A stretch of 64,000 bases of DNA from assembly GCF_009914755.1 (NCBI RefSeq), contig NC_060926.1. One strand, 5' to 3'. Below, in pieces: positions 46,901 through 61,800 of this stretch. The first letter of the stretch is position 1. The number at the start of each line of letters is the position of its first letter. The notes beneath the pieces were generated by a model. It did no database searches. It saw only the letters and a program-made list of their open reading frames with translations, and was not told the origin of the DNA. Source of the DNA: the human T2T-CHM13v2.0 reference genome, Homo sapiens. The position numbers were made by a program, and so were the translations under genes.

Positions 46901-48944
46901 TTTTGTTTTGTTAACACATCCTTCTACTCTTGGCACAATATCTGGTACACAGTAGTTCCTACTGGTAGCTTGTCATAATCCATGTTAGTTTTAGAGTTAG
47001 GCATATTTGAATTTCTTTACTTCCATATGTGGAATTCCTTTCCTCTCCTTTTCTTGTCCTCCCTTGCCACAATTTTCACTATCATGAACATTTTTTCTTT
47101 ATCTCTACTGTGGCTCTCATTTTATCTAATTAACAGCCAAATTAAATACTGTTAACAATATGGTACTCATAGTAACAAGACATATTCCCTTCTTATACAG
47201 GAAGCAGTTTGGCAAAAGTGATATATTATGAATAAGCAATAATGATCCAACACATTCCAGTTAAAAATATACTTGTAAAAATTGTTCAGGATGCACTTAA
47301 ATTTCATTGACCGGTGCAATAGGTTGTTGGAATGATTAGGCCGCTTTTACCAGCTCTATAAAACAAGTGCTACTTAGGTGACATGTTTCCCTGACTTTGT
47401 TTTTTTGGTCCTTACCCAGACAATTATCAACTTTCCAGTTTTCTATGGATATGAAGATTTACTCCTAGTCATCAGTGGGACCCCCATGAAGTCAGCCAGA
47501 AAGCCTATATCCAACTTATGTACCTTTGCAAACTTGTCTGGATTTTGACTGTATGTGCAAAACAGATTGTACTTAGCGATTCATTAAACATCTTTTGATC
47601 ATCTGCTGTCTGCCAGGCACTGTGCTAGGCATCTGAAAAACAAAGATGGTCCCTGCAGTTTAATGTGAAGAGCTATCTTAATTGTATTCCACAAGTGTAT
47701 TGGTCGTATCTTTGTTTTGGTGTTTCTACCTAAATAAATTTTATATTAACTAAATGGATACTGTTAGGTGGAAAAATGCATGTTTAAGAAAGATATTGCT
47801 GTTATTTTATTAAAATACAAATATATAAAGAAAAATTTTCCACTTAATACTGTATTCTAGGGATTTATATTCTGTATATAGTTAACACATTTTAGACAAT
47901 GAAAATAGCCTATGTGGTTGCCTTTGCTGGATTTTTATTGCTAACCGTAATTCTTTTAAGATGACCAACAATGTTCATTAAGTTATCTCATTAAATTTTT
48001 CCAAAAAAAAAAAAACACCCCAAACCCTCTAAACTTAAATCTTTTTCTCAAAAGTAACTTTTTTCTTTTTTATCTCATATAACAGATTATCATTCATGAT
48101 TCATTGGAAGACATTGTACATTTTCATTTTGAGTTTTCAGATATTTTCTACCAAATTTTAGCAAATCTAACAGCATGATTTAATTATTCTGCAGTAATTA
48201 GTGTGCACTATTTAGGAGTTTTGGAATTTTTAGTATGTAGTAGAAATATCATTGCAAAATCCTCATAAGAAACTTCCCAATTCTAGTTCTAAGTCAGTTG
48301 TAATTTTTAATCTTTATTAAGTGGTATAATCTCTATAGCTTTAGTAAAATGATTTGGAATTTTCTTAGTAGATAGATGTTTCAAAAACAAAGAATCTTAT
48401 CTCAGTTCCTGTCATGGCTTTCATGTGTAATCGAAAAGTATATTAGAAAAAGTACTGGATTAAATTTGCCTTTCTTAAAGTATACCTTTTACAAAAGTAT
48501 TGATTTGCAGTTAAAAAGAAGGTGGGGATGCCTCTGCTGGTGCAGTATCTTGTGAAGATAAATAGACTCCTGAGTGGTGAATTCTGATCTCTTTCACGTT
48601 CATTCTTAACTTTCTATTTTAGTAATAATCATAGTTACCATTGATTATAAGTACCCAGCACTGTGATAAATTGAATTCACATTACATTTATGACACTTTC
48701 TAATTCAAAACACAGTCACAGTAGAGTTTTTATCAATCTGTACACTGGTAAGCGATGGTAAAATTATGGCCCTGATAGCTTCACAGACTAATGGAAAATT
48801 TCTGAAAGTTTACAAGTACAGAAAAACAAAGAAAAAAAACCCAGTCTTTTATAAGGAATGTAGATACAGACCATTGTACAATTTAAAATATACATAATGT
48901 CAGTCTTTTCTTTGTATGGCAAAAATGACATTTGGGAACTGCTC

Positions 48945-49390
48945 ATGGTGACTCAACGCTTGTAATGTAATCCCAGCTACTCGGAGGCTGAGGCGGGAGA
49001 ATTATTTGAGCCCCAGATTTTGAGGCTGCAGCGAACTATGCAATCCAGCCTAGGCCACAGAGCGGGACCTTGTCTCTAAAAATAAAAAATAAGGTCAGGT
49101 GGAATAGCTCAAGCCTGTAATTCCAACAACTGGGAGGTGAGGTAGGAGGATTTATCACTTGAGGCTAGTAGTTCAGGGTCAGCCTGTGCAATGTAGTGAG
49201 ATCTGATCCCTACAAAATCAAAATAGTAGCTGAGCTTGGTGTGGTGCACACTGTAGTCCCAGCTACTCAGGAGGCTGGAGAGGATCTCTTGAACTCAGGT
49301 TGAGGCTGCAGTGAGCCATGATCATGCCACTGGACTCTGTGCTGAGCAACAGAGTGAGACCCTGTCTCTAAATAAATAAATAAACAAATA
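48945..49390 (+). mobile_element. Old Alu monomer followed by a diverged AluJ
   Basis: taatcccagctactcggaggctgaggcgggag; second element 49093-49390 with (TAAA)n tail. Confidence 0.85.
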
Positions 49391-49949
49391 AAAAAACAGT
49401 AAAAAAAAGTTCAGTTCAATCCTTATCTGTATTAAACTTCCTTTAACTTGTGTGGAGTTACATTTAATATTTTCTTATATGAAGTTCAAAGGTTATAACA
49501 ATTTCTGATCCAATGAATATTTACTATAAAATTTTTAATATAAATGTGTTGATGGTGTAAAAGCCCATAAAAAATGGGAAGTTTATATTGTCTTGTGCTT
49601 TGGTGTATGTATACACATTACCTTCTGGACTCTATCATACATTTTCATAATTACTACATTACATATATAGGATTAAGTTTAATGTACTCTTTTTAGTACT
49701 AAAGTCAGAAATATTTTGGTATAAGAATGATCAACTTGTTGGGTTCTCTAGGTGCCTAAATTATTTCATATTTATACTTAAAAGCTACTGAATTAAAATA
49801 CTTTTTAATACAGTTCTCTTTGGGTAGTTGAGTTTTACATCCTTTACTTTTAAGAGAAAAAAAATTAAAAACTTTTTTTCCTGTTTTTATTACTTAAGTA
49901 ACTTTTGTGTCTCTTCTAAGTAAATACATGTTCATATTATAAATTTATA

Positions 49950-50183
49950 CAGGTTGAGTATTCCTAATCCAGAATTCCAAAATCCGAAATGCTTAAAAAT
50001 CTGAAACTTTTTGAGCACTGACATGATGCTCAAAGAAAATGCTCACTGAAGCATTTTGGATTTTGGATTTTGAGGTTAGGGATGTTCAATAGATATATAA
50101 GGCAAATATTCCCAAATCTGTAAAAATCCAAAATTCTAAATACTTCTGGTCCACAAAACCTTTTGAATAAGGGATATCAACTT
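49950..50183. mobile_element. Tigger4a/MER46-type MITE
   Basis: caggttgagtattcc ... gggatatcaac ends after TA; internal aaaatccgaaa / ttttggatttt inverted motifs. Confidence 0.8.
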
Positions 50184-52443
50184 TTATTGACTCTATCGTC
50201 CTGCAAATATTATGCCAGTACATAATGACCTGCAGAGTTTGGAAACATTTTTAAATGCTAAAGAAATATTCTTTATCATCTGTTATATATTAGAAAAGTT
50301 TATTGCAAATGTTTTGTTGCTTATAAGAATAATCCGAATAATCAGTAGTGTGATCTTAAATAATTTCTTTAAACAACCCAAAGATAATTCAGTTAAAAGT
50401 AAATATTCTAACTCTAACACTTAGAGTATTTCTGTTTGAGGTATTTCTATGTCATGTAAGATGTCAGAAGCTGGAATGACTCACTGTAACTCACTATAAC
50501 TCTTCAAAGAGACAGTGAGATCCAGGCTTAACTTATATTATGGTATAATTTATTCAAAGTTGGATATCACAAATTTTGATTTGTATCCTTATTTCAGTTG
50601 ACCTATATAACCTTTTATTAGAGAACCTGTAATTAAGTTCAGTGTCATTGAGTAGATTATTAGAACACATTGTTTTAAAGGACTAATATGAGTTATGTAA
50701 ATCAGTCACCAACCTTGAAATGGTGAAAAGTTTTTGTACACATATGCTTCACTGAATTCTTCTGCTAACCAATCAAGATTCTAGCAATGGGAGGAAAATT
50801 TTCTGTGTGGTGCTAATGTTAAAACTTAAGTTCATGTGTAGCTTTTAAAAAAAAAATTTAATATCTGTATCTCAGAAGTTAGAAGTAATCCCAAAGTGTT
50901 TTTTAAGATTGACTGTGTGCTAAATTATACTTAGGGTTATCCTTGTATTCACAATTACTGTTTTTTATACACCATGAGTCCAGAAGTATCTACTAATCTG
51001 TTGGCCATCAACTAACTTAATCCATACATTCTTAATATTATTAGGATCTAAAAATAATAATTTAGACTGTATAAGTACATTTACTGATGTTGGGGGAGGG
51101 AAATATTCCACATTCAATAAAAGCAAATATTGATTTTTAAATAGCTTTGTTACTTGGGATATACTGACCTAAAAAGAGTTCACTGTGTAAGATATAAAAT
51201 ATTCTTATTTGAAAAGTTATAAAGTATCATTAATGAGTATTAAATAACATAAAAATATTTAGGAAATCAAATACGTGCTCCTGTAATATTCAGAGGCTAT
51301 TTTTTTAGTGTTATTCCAAAATCATTTTCCTTCTATATTTGTCACACTGGAGTTTCTGCTGAAGGATTTCTTGGCCATTTTAGACAATGTAATCTAGTTA
51401 AAAGGTTTGTTTATGCTTCCCATCTCTGTTCTGCTGATGGTATTAGAATGCAGGCCAGAGCCAGACATCTAACTGTTTATAACATTCAAACTTCAATTAA
51501 AGCTACAGTGTTCAGTTTACTATGTATCAGAAAGCTCTTACTAGCTACAAATATCACTAATAGTGATGAGAGTGATGTTGACTAGCTATAAGCTTTCCTA
51601 AATCATACCACTCATTAAGAATACTTTTTTTAAAATTTAGGTGTTAACCTTTAATTCTTTCATAGAAGTATAAAATTAAGCTTTTTTTTTTTACTAGAAG
51701 TAATATAGTCTTTTCCTTTAACACTTTTTATAATAAAACCTAACAGCATATATTATTGCATGTATTATTTAAATGGTCCACCTTAGTTGTTTTGAAATTA
51801 ATGAATTCTGTAGAAGGTGTTACTTTGCTATTCAATTTATTCGAATTTTCTTCCTAGCTTGAAAAATATAGCAATATGTTGCCCACTAGAAAATAAACCT
51901 AACAGTCACATTAGTCAGGTGTTCTTACATGTATGAAAGGAGTCTAGTCCCACATAACACAGATTCTAATTTAACATATCGCTTTTCTAGGCTGCTGTTC
52001 TTATTGTTTTAAGTATTTTGGTAAATTGTTTTAGAAGGGTTTTTTGTTTTTAAAAATTATTTAGAATTCTTTGAAACCATTTCTTCAACAGCTTCTGTTT
52101 TTGTACAGTTTACCTGGGCCAGTCAGAAAAGGATTTGAATTTTATGTGTGTTTAATTTTTCTAATTAGTAGGCAAATTTGCTATGTTACATTGGTTTCTT
52201 TTTTTACGAAACCAAATTTTAGTTTTTATTAATTTTAGACCTTGAATGACTAAATCTACACATTCTTTATGTATGTACATGTAATTTTTATTGACATCCA
52301 AGTTTATAAGAGGTATAAGTAACAGATCATTTAGGAAAGATGGAAAATCATATTAAATCTAATGCATTGCTGGTAAAATGCTTTTAATTAAAAAATACTA
52401 CGATGGAAATATTAAAAGAAGCTAAGTAATATAAAAAGTTAGG

Positions 52444-52743
52444 GGCCAGGTGCGGTGGCTCATGCCTTAACCCCAGCACTTTGGGAGGCCAAGGTGGGTG
52501 GATTGCTTGAGGTCAGGAGTTCATGACCAGCCTGACCAGCATGGTAAAACCCCATCTCTATTAAAAATACAAAAATTAGCCAGGCTTGGTGGCACATGCC
52601 TCTAATCCCAGCTGCTTGGGAGGCTGAGGCAAGAGAATCGCTTCAACTCAGGAGGCAGAGGTTGCCTCCTGAGTGCAGAGATCATGCCACTGCACTTCAG
52701 CCTGGGTAACAGAGCAAGACTCTGTCTCATAAGAAAAAAAAAA
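52444..52743 (+). mobile_element. Alu (AluS)
   Basis: Full Alu; TSD aaaaagtt(a/g)gg. Confidence 0.95.
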
Positions 52744-54639
52744 GTTGGGAAATACTCTCAAGTGTATCTGAAGATAAGAATGAAAAACAACCATGCAAAA
52801 CTTAGATTTATAGTTTAAATCCATGGAAAGATCTCTAAGATAAGCTAGGTTGAAAAGCACATCACAAAATAATATGCACACTATGATTTCATTTATGTAA
52901 AAAATGGACAGAATAATAAGTATGCAATGTTTATGAATGTATATGTTTACATCCATACAATACATTTTTATACTATTTATACCATAAAGACATAAAGTAT
53001 ATGCCATATATATTAGAACCTCAGTACATTAAGAAAAAATCTGGAAGATAGGTATCAAATTCCATGCTTTGTATACGGAAAGTATATATGTGGGATGTGG
53101 GAAGGTTGACGAATTCTTTTTATTTAATCTTTAGCATTACTTGGATTTATTTGTAGCAATAAGCTTATATTCATGTAATGATTTTTGATGAGAAAATATA
53201 CTTACGTATTGAAGTAAAAAATGACCCAGGAAAATTGCAGTTCTAGTCTAAATAGTCACATGAATATATCCCTAGAATATCTTGAAGAGAATATAGTATT
53301 GGCTAACAGTCATCATAGCCTGATAGAGAATAAAGTCTGTCAGACTTATCTAACAGGGTGAAAAGCCTAGTCAATTGAGGAAGGAACAATGGATATAATG
53401 TAGTTTTTAAATATTTTGCTTCTTACTGAAAAATGCACTTCTCACTGTCCTGGAAAAATATAGACTGGGCTGCTGGTGATAAAGGATGGCAGTTATAAAG
53501 TGGTAGACAATTTCAATCTGAGATAAGATATAATATATGGGAATAAGATGAACTTTATTATTTTAATCAGTGATCCAAATTATTATATGTTCACTCAAAA
53601 TACAGATAGTATAATCATGTAATATTTTTGTAATGTTTTCTATAATCAGGTACTGGTTTGAATAGAGGACAAAAATAAAACAGAAGGTTTGAAGACTAAG
53701 TACTTCTTTTTAAGTGACTGAAACATGTACTTGAAAAACACTTTAAGAACCTTTGTAAAATAACATTAAACTGAGTGTGTAAATATGCCTTGTAAAAAAA
53801 AAGCAATTAGAATTCTGTAGAGTTAATCACAGTGTGCTTTTGGGGAGGACCTGAGTTAATCAGGGTTTAGGTGGAGTTTAGATACTAGTTTGTCACAGAA
53901 GAGGGTAATTCAGGTAAAGACAAAGCTTCCAATGGGTGAGAGGATTGGGAAGCTTATTTTTACTAGTTTGAAAGCTGGGATTAAAATTCAGAGTAGCCTG
54001 GTAAATTAGGGAAATGATTTGAAATAATATACCGTACCTTTACTTTTATGGTTCTAAAATTTTATTTCCCTGAATGTAGTTTCGAAAAGAAAGAAGTAGA
54101 GAAAGGGGGAAAAATTATTTGCACAAAAAATAAGGAAATGAATAGGTCCTTGCAATTATGACTAGAGAGTCCATTGGAGTCTGAAGTGTTTTCTGAATAT
54201 GAGTTGGAAATGAAAACACTAGTTAAGGCAGCAAACATGCAAGAATACTAGCTAAGGTTCTTTTTTCTTTCACAAATAAATTTTTTACCCAGGTTGATCC
54301 CTAGGATCAATAGTAAATAGTACACAATTAAAACTATAAATCATCTATAAATGCTGAAAGTAACAAAGGATGCAGCTTATGTTTTCTCCATTTTCTTTAT
54401 AAGTTTTGTTTGCATCTAATTTATTTCCAGGTACCCCTATGATGTAAATTACCATCCAGTCTTCACCTACTACCAGAAATTGAACTTTTTTATTTCTTCT
54501 GAAAGTTTAAAGAGTTCTAATATGGCTCTGTATTTTTTTTAGCTAAAATGTCATAGTGAATTTCTTTAAACGGTGGTTATTGTTGACTCAGTGTTTATCT
54601 CTTTTTCACAAAGGGTTTGCCAGTGTCTTTCTTTGACAA

Positions 54640-55095
54640 ACATGTGTTGTTACTATTATGTGCTCACTGGGATAGTGAGCAAAAATAGACATAGGTCTTG
54701 ATCTCCCGGAACTTATATCTAAAGATAGAAAAGGATATTAATGAAATAATCATACAAATAAATGCAAAGTTGGAACTGTTTCAGTTGCTGTAGAGAGGTA
54801 CGTAATATGAGGGCTTTTAGAAGGAGAATTTACTCAGTGCGATCAAGAGGAATTTTTTTTTGGAGGAAGTGTTTATTTAGCTGAGATCTCAAGTAAGTTA
54901 ATTTGATCAAGGTGAAGAAAAGAGTTTTCTGGGAAGAAGGAATAGCATATACAGAGGTTCTGAGGTGGGAGGAAGCATAGTACCGAATATTAAACAAAGG
55001 TCAATGTGGCAGAAGTTTAGAGCAAGAGTTTGCATGGTAAGTGATGATGCTAGGGAGTTATGTAGGAGCCAAACTGCAGAACTTTGTGTAGGCCA
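54640..55095 (-). mobile_element. L2 LINE 3' fragment
   Basis: gagcaaaaatagacat...ggaacttatatcta...agctgagatct...gggaagaaggaatagcatatacagaggttctgagg pattern. Confidence 0.65.
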
Positions 55096-56449
55096 AGCTT
55101 TCCTTTATCCTTAGGTTTAATATTTAAACTTAGACTAATGTTCCTTAGGTTTAACAAGAAAAACCTACTATTAATTATAAAAGATTTGTGTTATAGAAGT
55201 TCATTTTTATTTCAGTTTAAAACCAATAATGCTTTTTCCCATAGAATCATGGTTACAGTGACAGGTCTCATAAGAAACCCTTTTAACAGAAATAACATTG
55301 GAAACCAGTCAACGTAGTGTCATAAATATAACCAGGTAGAAGTTAGAAAAGAAAAGGAAGGAGATTAAAAGTTATGTCTATATGTATTCAAAAGAGAATG
55401 TCCTGGGTATGATTGACTAAGCTGTGAATAATGAAGAAAAAAGCCTTACTTCAAGTGCATTAGGCTGGTGCAAGAGATTCTAACAAATGATGGTGAGGGA
55501 CACATTCAGCTGGACAGCTTAGAAGATCCTTAGCTGGCACCTAGATATAGAACAGAGTGATAATGTCGAGCAAACCAAGGTAGAAGGAGAGTAGAAGTAT
55601 CACATTCATAATTTGTTCTGAATTTAGCACATATTCGTGTCAGTTGTTAGAATATAAACATTTAAAAAATTATATACTGGTAAGAAATGCAGAGCTACCA
55701 AATGTCAGCAATACAGATGCCAACTTTATTTTGATTATATTGAGAGTGATTTCATACAGTTAGAAGTGATTATAAATTGCTCAGTTGTACTATTTTAGGC
55801 CATAATGTTAGCTTTGAATATCTTAGTGTGCATCACTTGGAGTGATACTTTAAAGAGGAAGTTGAAGAAATTTAATTTTTTAATTCTTATTTTTCTTTTA
55901 ACTTATTGTCAATAAATTATCTTCATTTCAGGTTGATCTTAAGTTTTAAGCCTCTTTGGACACTAGTTTCTGTCTGTATTAAGTAATTAACAATCTAATA
56001 ACTGAAAATTCAAGGAATGCCCAAAATATTAAGAGCATTATAAAAAATAATTGATTAAGCAACTTTTATTAAGAAGAAAATATCACAAAGATGTAATAAA
56101 TTGTAAGAGACAAGGAAGATATGTACAAGTCTTCATTAAATAAACAGCGTACCACATAACAGTTGATGAATTCTGCCAATGCTTGAAGTTGAAAATTGAT
56201 GAAGGTACTTCATCAGGTGATCTTGAACTTAATTTTCTCGCATTCTCAGGTACAGCAGACCATGCTTTTACAGCAGATTGGCATCTAAAAATAAGAACTA
56301 TAGAATTTAGAGCTTATTTATTTGTTTACTTATTTTTAAAACATTCCAATTGAGAAAATACCAGCATTGATTCATTTTCCATGCAATATCTAGCAGGCTA
56401 CTTTTAATTAATAGACCAACAGTGTTCGGAAAGCTTATTAGAATGTTTG

Positions 56450-56655
56450 ACAGCCTGGGCACCATGGTGAAACCTCATTTCTGCAAAAAATGCAAAAATT
56501 AGCCAGGCATGGGGGCAAGTGCCTGTAGTCCCAGGTCCTTTGGAGGCTGAGGTAGGAGGATCACTTAAGCCTGCGAGGTCAAGGCTGCAGGGAGCCGTGA
56601 TGATGCCACTGTACTCCAGCCTGGGTGACACAGTAAGACCCTGTCTCAAAACAAA
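56450..56655 (+). mobile_element. 5'-truncated AluJ
   Basis: cagcctgggcaccatggtgaaacc...ctgtctcaaaa; TSD agaatgtttga. Confidence 0.88.
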
Positions 56656-58129
56656 AGAATGTTTGAAAAGACAGTTTACTAAATTTATCTAATAATTCTA
56701 AGAGGTCAGTGTACCTCTTAAATAGAAATGAAGTTTCACTTGTGCATTTTTCAGGGATTGATACGTTTCTTCTATTTTACAGCTTTCTACTGTTGTTTAG
56801 TGAAGCGTATTCCAAGGTCCTCTAGTTCTGTGATAACTTAATAGGTATGATTATCCTCGCACCTGAAAAAACCCAAAAGGCTGCTTCATCAAATAAGGTT
56901 TAAAAACCATGATTATGATTAACGAATGCTGGATAAACATTTTTACTGCAATATTTTTTCAAGGGGTCTTAATATGTAATTCTTCTGAACTTCTAATAAT
57001 GGTCACTAACATTTATTGAGTACTTTGCGCCACTCATTGTGCTAAAAGTCTTGTAGACATTATCTTATTTTATCATTATAACAAACAAACATTCTGAGGA
57101 ACATACTTAATGAAGTGTTTCTTCATATTTCACTGCTTATAAACACCTACCCAAAAATTTAACGTGAAGAATACAAAAGTGAGACAAACATCATTTTCTT
57201 TTGTTGCATCCTTAGCGGCTTTGAGAAAGAAAGGTCATGAAAATTATTTTTAAAGTTAAGTGCTGAGCTTATCAATATGTTTTTACACTCTTCTAATTAC
57301 TATTACTCACAGATGACCAATGATAAACATTATACCCTTTTTATTAATAGGCGACAACCTGTAGAGCTTTCAGAGACATTCCTGGGTTTGAGCATTGGCT
57401 CCATAGACTGAATACTACAATATAGAACCTTTAACGAGCTGTTAAAGTTCTGAACTTTAGTTTATCAGTAAAATTAGTATGGTAATGCATATCTCAGAGT
57501 TGTCATGACTATGAATGATAGAGTATGAAGTCCTAGAATGTTGTGGACATTCACTAAATTTTTTCATTTTCCTTCTCTCCTATTACTAATAGCATCTACT
57601 ACCATAGTAGATGAAAAAAAATGAAAAAAATGGATTGTTACCTTTATTAATAACAAAATATCACAAAGATGAATTAATTCTAAGAGAGGGAAGATATGTG
57701 CAAGTCTTCGTTGAATAAGCAGGGTGCACTATTAGTAATAGTAGAAGGCGAGAAGGAAAATGAAATTATATTACTATTAATAACTGTTCTATAATCTGTA
57801 TGTTATGCGTTAAAAATTTTTTCTTTTTTTAGAAATAAAATTATCTGTTAATCTTAAAGCTATTTTAAAGCTTTCTTGAACTCCTACATTTTTCTGAGGA
57901 CTGATATACTTCATTTTTGTGCTGTTCTGCACTTTGCCAACACAGTAAGACCCACAAAGTGGACATCTGTAAACATGAAACTCAGATGGTGGAGAAATTT
58001 GAATAAATGCTCCCCAACTTGGTTAATGTAAATATTCTCATAACTTACAGCATTGGTTTTGGTGATTGTTATTAAGTGAACAAATATGTAAATATATTTT
58101 CTTTCCTTGTCTTTGTTTCCTCACATTAG

Positions 58130-58385
58130 GTAGGCAATATTGCAAAAACGTTAAGAGCACGGACCCTAGAGCCAGACTGTCTGGATTCAAATCCCTGCTC
58201 CACCACTTAACTAGCTATGGGATATTCTGTGCCTCAGTCTCTTCATTAGTAAAATGGGCCTAGTCAGTTGTGTCCACCTCAGGGTTATTTAGTGAGTTTA
58301 GATATAATCAATGCTTTAGATATATACAATGCTTTAAAAATGCCTGGTACATGCTAAGTGACACAAAAGTATTAACTGTTATAGT
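58130..58385 (+). mobile_element. MIR SINE
   Basis: gagccagactgtctggattcaaatccctgctccaccactta...ctgtgcctcagtctcttcattagtaaaatgg core. Confidence 0.85.
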
Positions 58386-58757
58386 GATTATATGTGTTGT
58401 CTTTATATTAGTTGTACTATAGAAAATAGTGACTAGTATATTATGGTAAATCTTTAACTTGGTAATATTTCATTTGGTACAATAAAACAAATTCTATTTA
58501 TAGTTCTTTGAAATGTATACCAGACTTTTCAAATGACACTTTTATGTGTCTTTTTACATTTGCCAGATTCTTTACATTATTGTTTTACTTCTTGTTGAGG
58601 GAGATAGTGGGAAAAATATATTTGTTGTTTCTCATAAAGAAACAGACATACAGAGTGTTTAGGACCTTTTAAAGTATAGCAATAAGAAAGTCAGTGGAAA
58701 GACTAAAATTAGAACCCAACATATTCCATGTGCCAATGTGTTGAGCCAAGCTATCTG

Positions 58758-58843
58758 TTCTCCTTATTGAGAATTCAAACAACAAAACTATTAGTTGACA
58801 TTCTCCTCATTGAGAATTCAAACAACAAAACCATTAGTTGGCA
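58758..58843. repeat. 43-bp tandem duplication
   Basis: ttctcct(t/c)attgagaattcaaacaacaaaac(t/c)attagttg(a/g)ca twice. Confidence 0.92.
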
Positions 58844-61800
58844 AAGTAAATGTAAAGATATGTTCTTCTGTTGTTTAAAATTGTATTAGCTTGTGTCTGC
58901 TTTGGATATATCCTCTTACTTAAGGTTGGTTCACTCAAAGATTACTTGAAAAGTTTGATTTAAATGGGTGTAGACAATTAAAGTTAAGTATTGGGCTAGC
59001 CATCCCTTAGGACATTTAAGGGCTGAATATCTTTTTTAGCCATCAACTGGCTTTTTCTCCATCTTTGATGAACTAGGTCAAAAACTCCTATTTCTCATAG
59101 TCAGTACTCTAGTACTATATATGGGCTCAGTGCTCCTGTGAGCCATCCTAGAAACTTAACTGTCATTCTTAATATTTCATTTCTATTAAGTGATTCCAAG
59201 TTTCAGGGAATAAATTAGTGAGCAATGAGGTTTTGAACAGCACTAGATTTATAAGGTGAACAGTATCTATGTTTTAATTTTCATATTAAAGAACATTTTA
59301 AATAGGTTTTTATTTTTTCTTATTTAAACTATTACAGAGTGTGTAACTCATAAGTTTAAGAAACTGATGAACAGTTTGGTTGGGGGACCCAGAAAATAAT
59401 AAATATTGGCAATCAAAACACTCAGAAGCATTTTTAAAGAGATAATTATAAATGGTTGCGTAGATAACAAAAAGTAATTTCAAATTTATAATTTATGCTC
59501 ATAATTGCTTAAGACGTAGGGTTTTTATGTAAAGGCAGAATGAATTTTCTCTTCCAAAATAACCAAACTTAACATTTAGTATACTACTCTAAAAATTGCA
59601 AACACTTAATGGAGATTTTTACATAAAGGCCACTTTTATTGTAGAAAACTAAACAAAGATAATTTGTTTGTTTCAAATAACCAAGTATTGACTGGATTCT
59701 GGTACACAACATCCCTGGTATTTTTCATATGAAATAATGCTTAAATGTTATAAACAAGTTCTACAAAATGTTCTAAAATCTTTTTTGGTATTTTCATATA
59801 TTCATTCTGCATAGAATCAGGAAACCTAATCACCCAGTAACCCAGTTTGAAAACTCATATTATTTTGTAAATCCTGATGTAATTAAACCACTTTAAATTT
59901 CTGCTAAAAAATATCAAGTTATATTTACATATGCTTTTTTAAAGTTATGCCTTGTGAAAAATATTATTATCTTTAAATGAGACAGTTAGAGACATCTTAA
60001 ACTATTAAGGTTAACATCAGCTGCTAAGAGACATCAAATCCTGATTCAAGAGAATAGTAATATTTTCATAAGCAGAAATTTTTCTCAAAGAGAAAAAACA
60101 GAATGTGCAGTGTATTCGCATTATAAATGCAGTTAGGAAAAATGCATTTACAGAAAGTCCCAGGACTTGAGAAGCAAGCTCAGGTTTTTCATAGTGATGT
60201 AGAGAAGCATAAATGTTCATTAATTCAGTTACTCATTCTAAAAATATTAAGTACTTACTGTATGCCAGTTATTCACCTATGAATAAGACAGGCAAGGACT
60301 ATGGAGCTTATAGTCTTTCCACTGAAGACCAATACTAAGGAAATATTTATGAGTGATATACATTACAAAAGAACAAACAGTTCTTTTCAGCTATTTAGAG
60401 AATGCAGATACAAGTTGAGTTGTAAAGCAAACATTTCTAGGTGATAATAATAAAAGCATTAATTTTTCATTCTCTCAATGTTTTGGATCAGGAGAAAGAG
60501 ACCCAGAAAAGGTCTCTTATCCAAGGTTATATAACAACTGGTATATCTGGTACCTCGGTCCCCTGCCTCCTAGTGTAATAATATCTGCCATAAGAAATAA
60601 AGCAGGAATGTGAAAGAGAAGAAAGTCAGGCAGGATGCCTAGAAAGTTCAACCAGACACTGGATTTCAGTGTAGTCTATATAACAGGAGGAATCACATTT
60701 TTAAAACTTCTTTTATGCTTGTTTTATACATTTCTTTTCAGTTTCTTTTAGCATTTACTAAATCTTTCAGGACTTTGCTAAGTTCCATACATCTACAAAA
60801 TTTCTAAACAGGAGTCTTATGTCCCTGGAAGCAAACTATGTTGGTACTATGGTTCCTAAATCTCATCTCTACAAAAACTTTTCAGGGTTGTATCTTTTTT
60901 CTTTTTTCTCGGTAAAGAAGGTTGTTTTCTTTAATTACCTTGAATTTAATAAGTACAGTCTTATGATTGCTGACAAAAAAAAAAAAAAGGAAAAGAAAAA
61001 GAAAACTTGAGGATTGGGGAAATTAAGGACACATTTTTTTTTCCTGGGATGGTTTTGATGTAACACCAGTTTGTAATCTTCTTACTGTGAATTAATCTTC
61101 ACTGTATCTGATAATAAAAGAGTTTATAATAAGTTAGAAAGCATATCCCATCAATCACATGTAAGGTTTTGACTAAACTAACGGATAAAGATTTGTAAGG
61201 AAGTTAGGTGATTTTATCTTACTGTCCATTGTATTTTTTTAATTTGGTTTTTGATGTTACTGTTTAAATTATACCAGGTTAACGAAGGGTTTGATTTTTG
61301 TTTCAAAAATATATATTAAATAGAAAAACTGAGTACACATCCTAATACTTACTTTGACTTGGGGACAGCAAAGCACAATTATAGGATCACACTTTGAGAA
61401 GTAAATAAACTGTTTGAAAATTGAGTCTGCAAAGCTAGACATAGTAACAACAGGAAACATCCCACCTACAATGCATATGGCAAAGGAGAAAGATAGTGCA
61501 GCAGACTACAGACAAAAATAATAGCTGAGAGCTGAAAACAAGTATTCTGCTTTACAACCTTAGATCTGTCATCTCAAAAATAGAGATAATCTTTCTTCAA
61601 AATATAATATGGTGATGTGAGCATATTTTAATTTATAAGAAAAATCTTTTTCTTTAGGTATCCCATATCATATTTTTGCATTCTTTATAGTGGAGGGTAC
61701 AGTGTCTCCTGTATGTTTTAAACCTTATTATTTTTCTGGTGTATATTTGTTGTTTTGTCTTCTAGGGACACATACTATTTTTACTTTACTAATGTGCCAA

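Noticed and set aside
55250-55620. Coding-like composition suggesting a processed pseudogene
   Set aside because: No recognisable protein similarity, A-tail or TSD by eye.
56186-56230. Small hairpin tgatgaag-gta-cttcatca with imperfect outer stem
   Set aside because: Only 8 perfect pairs; too weak to call a structured RNA.
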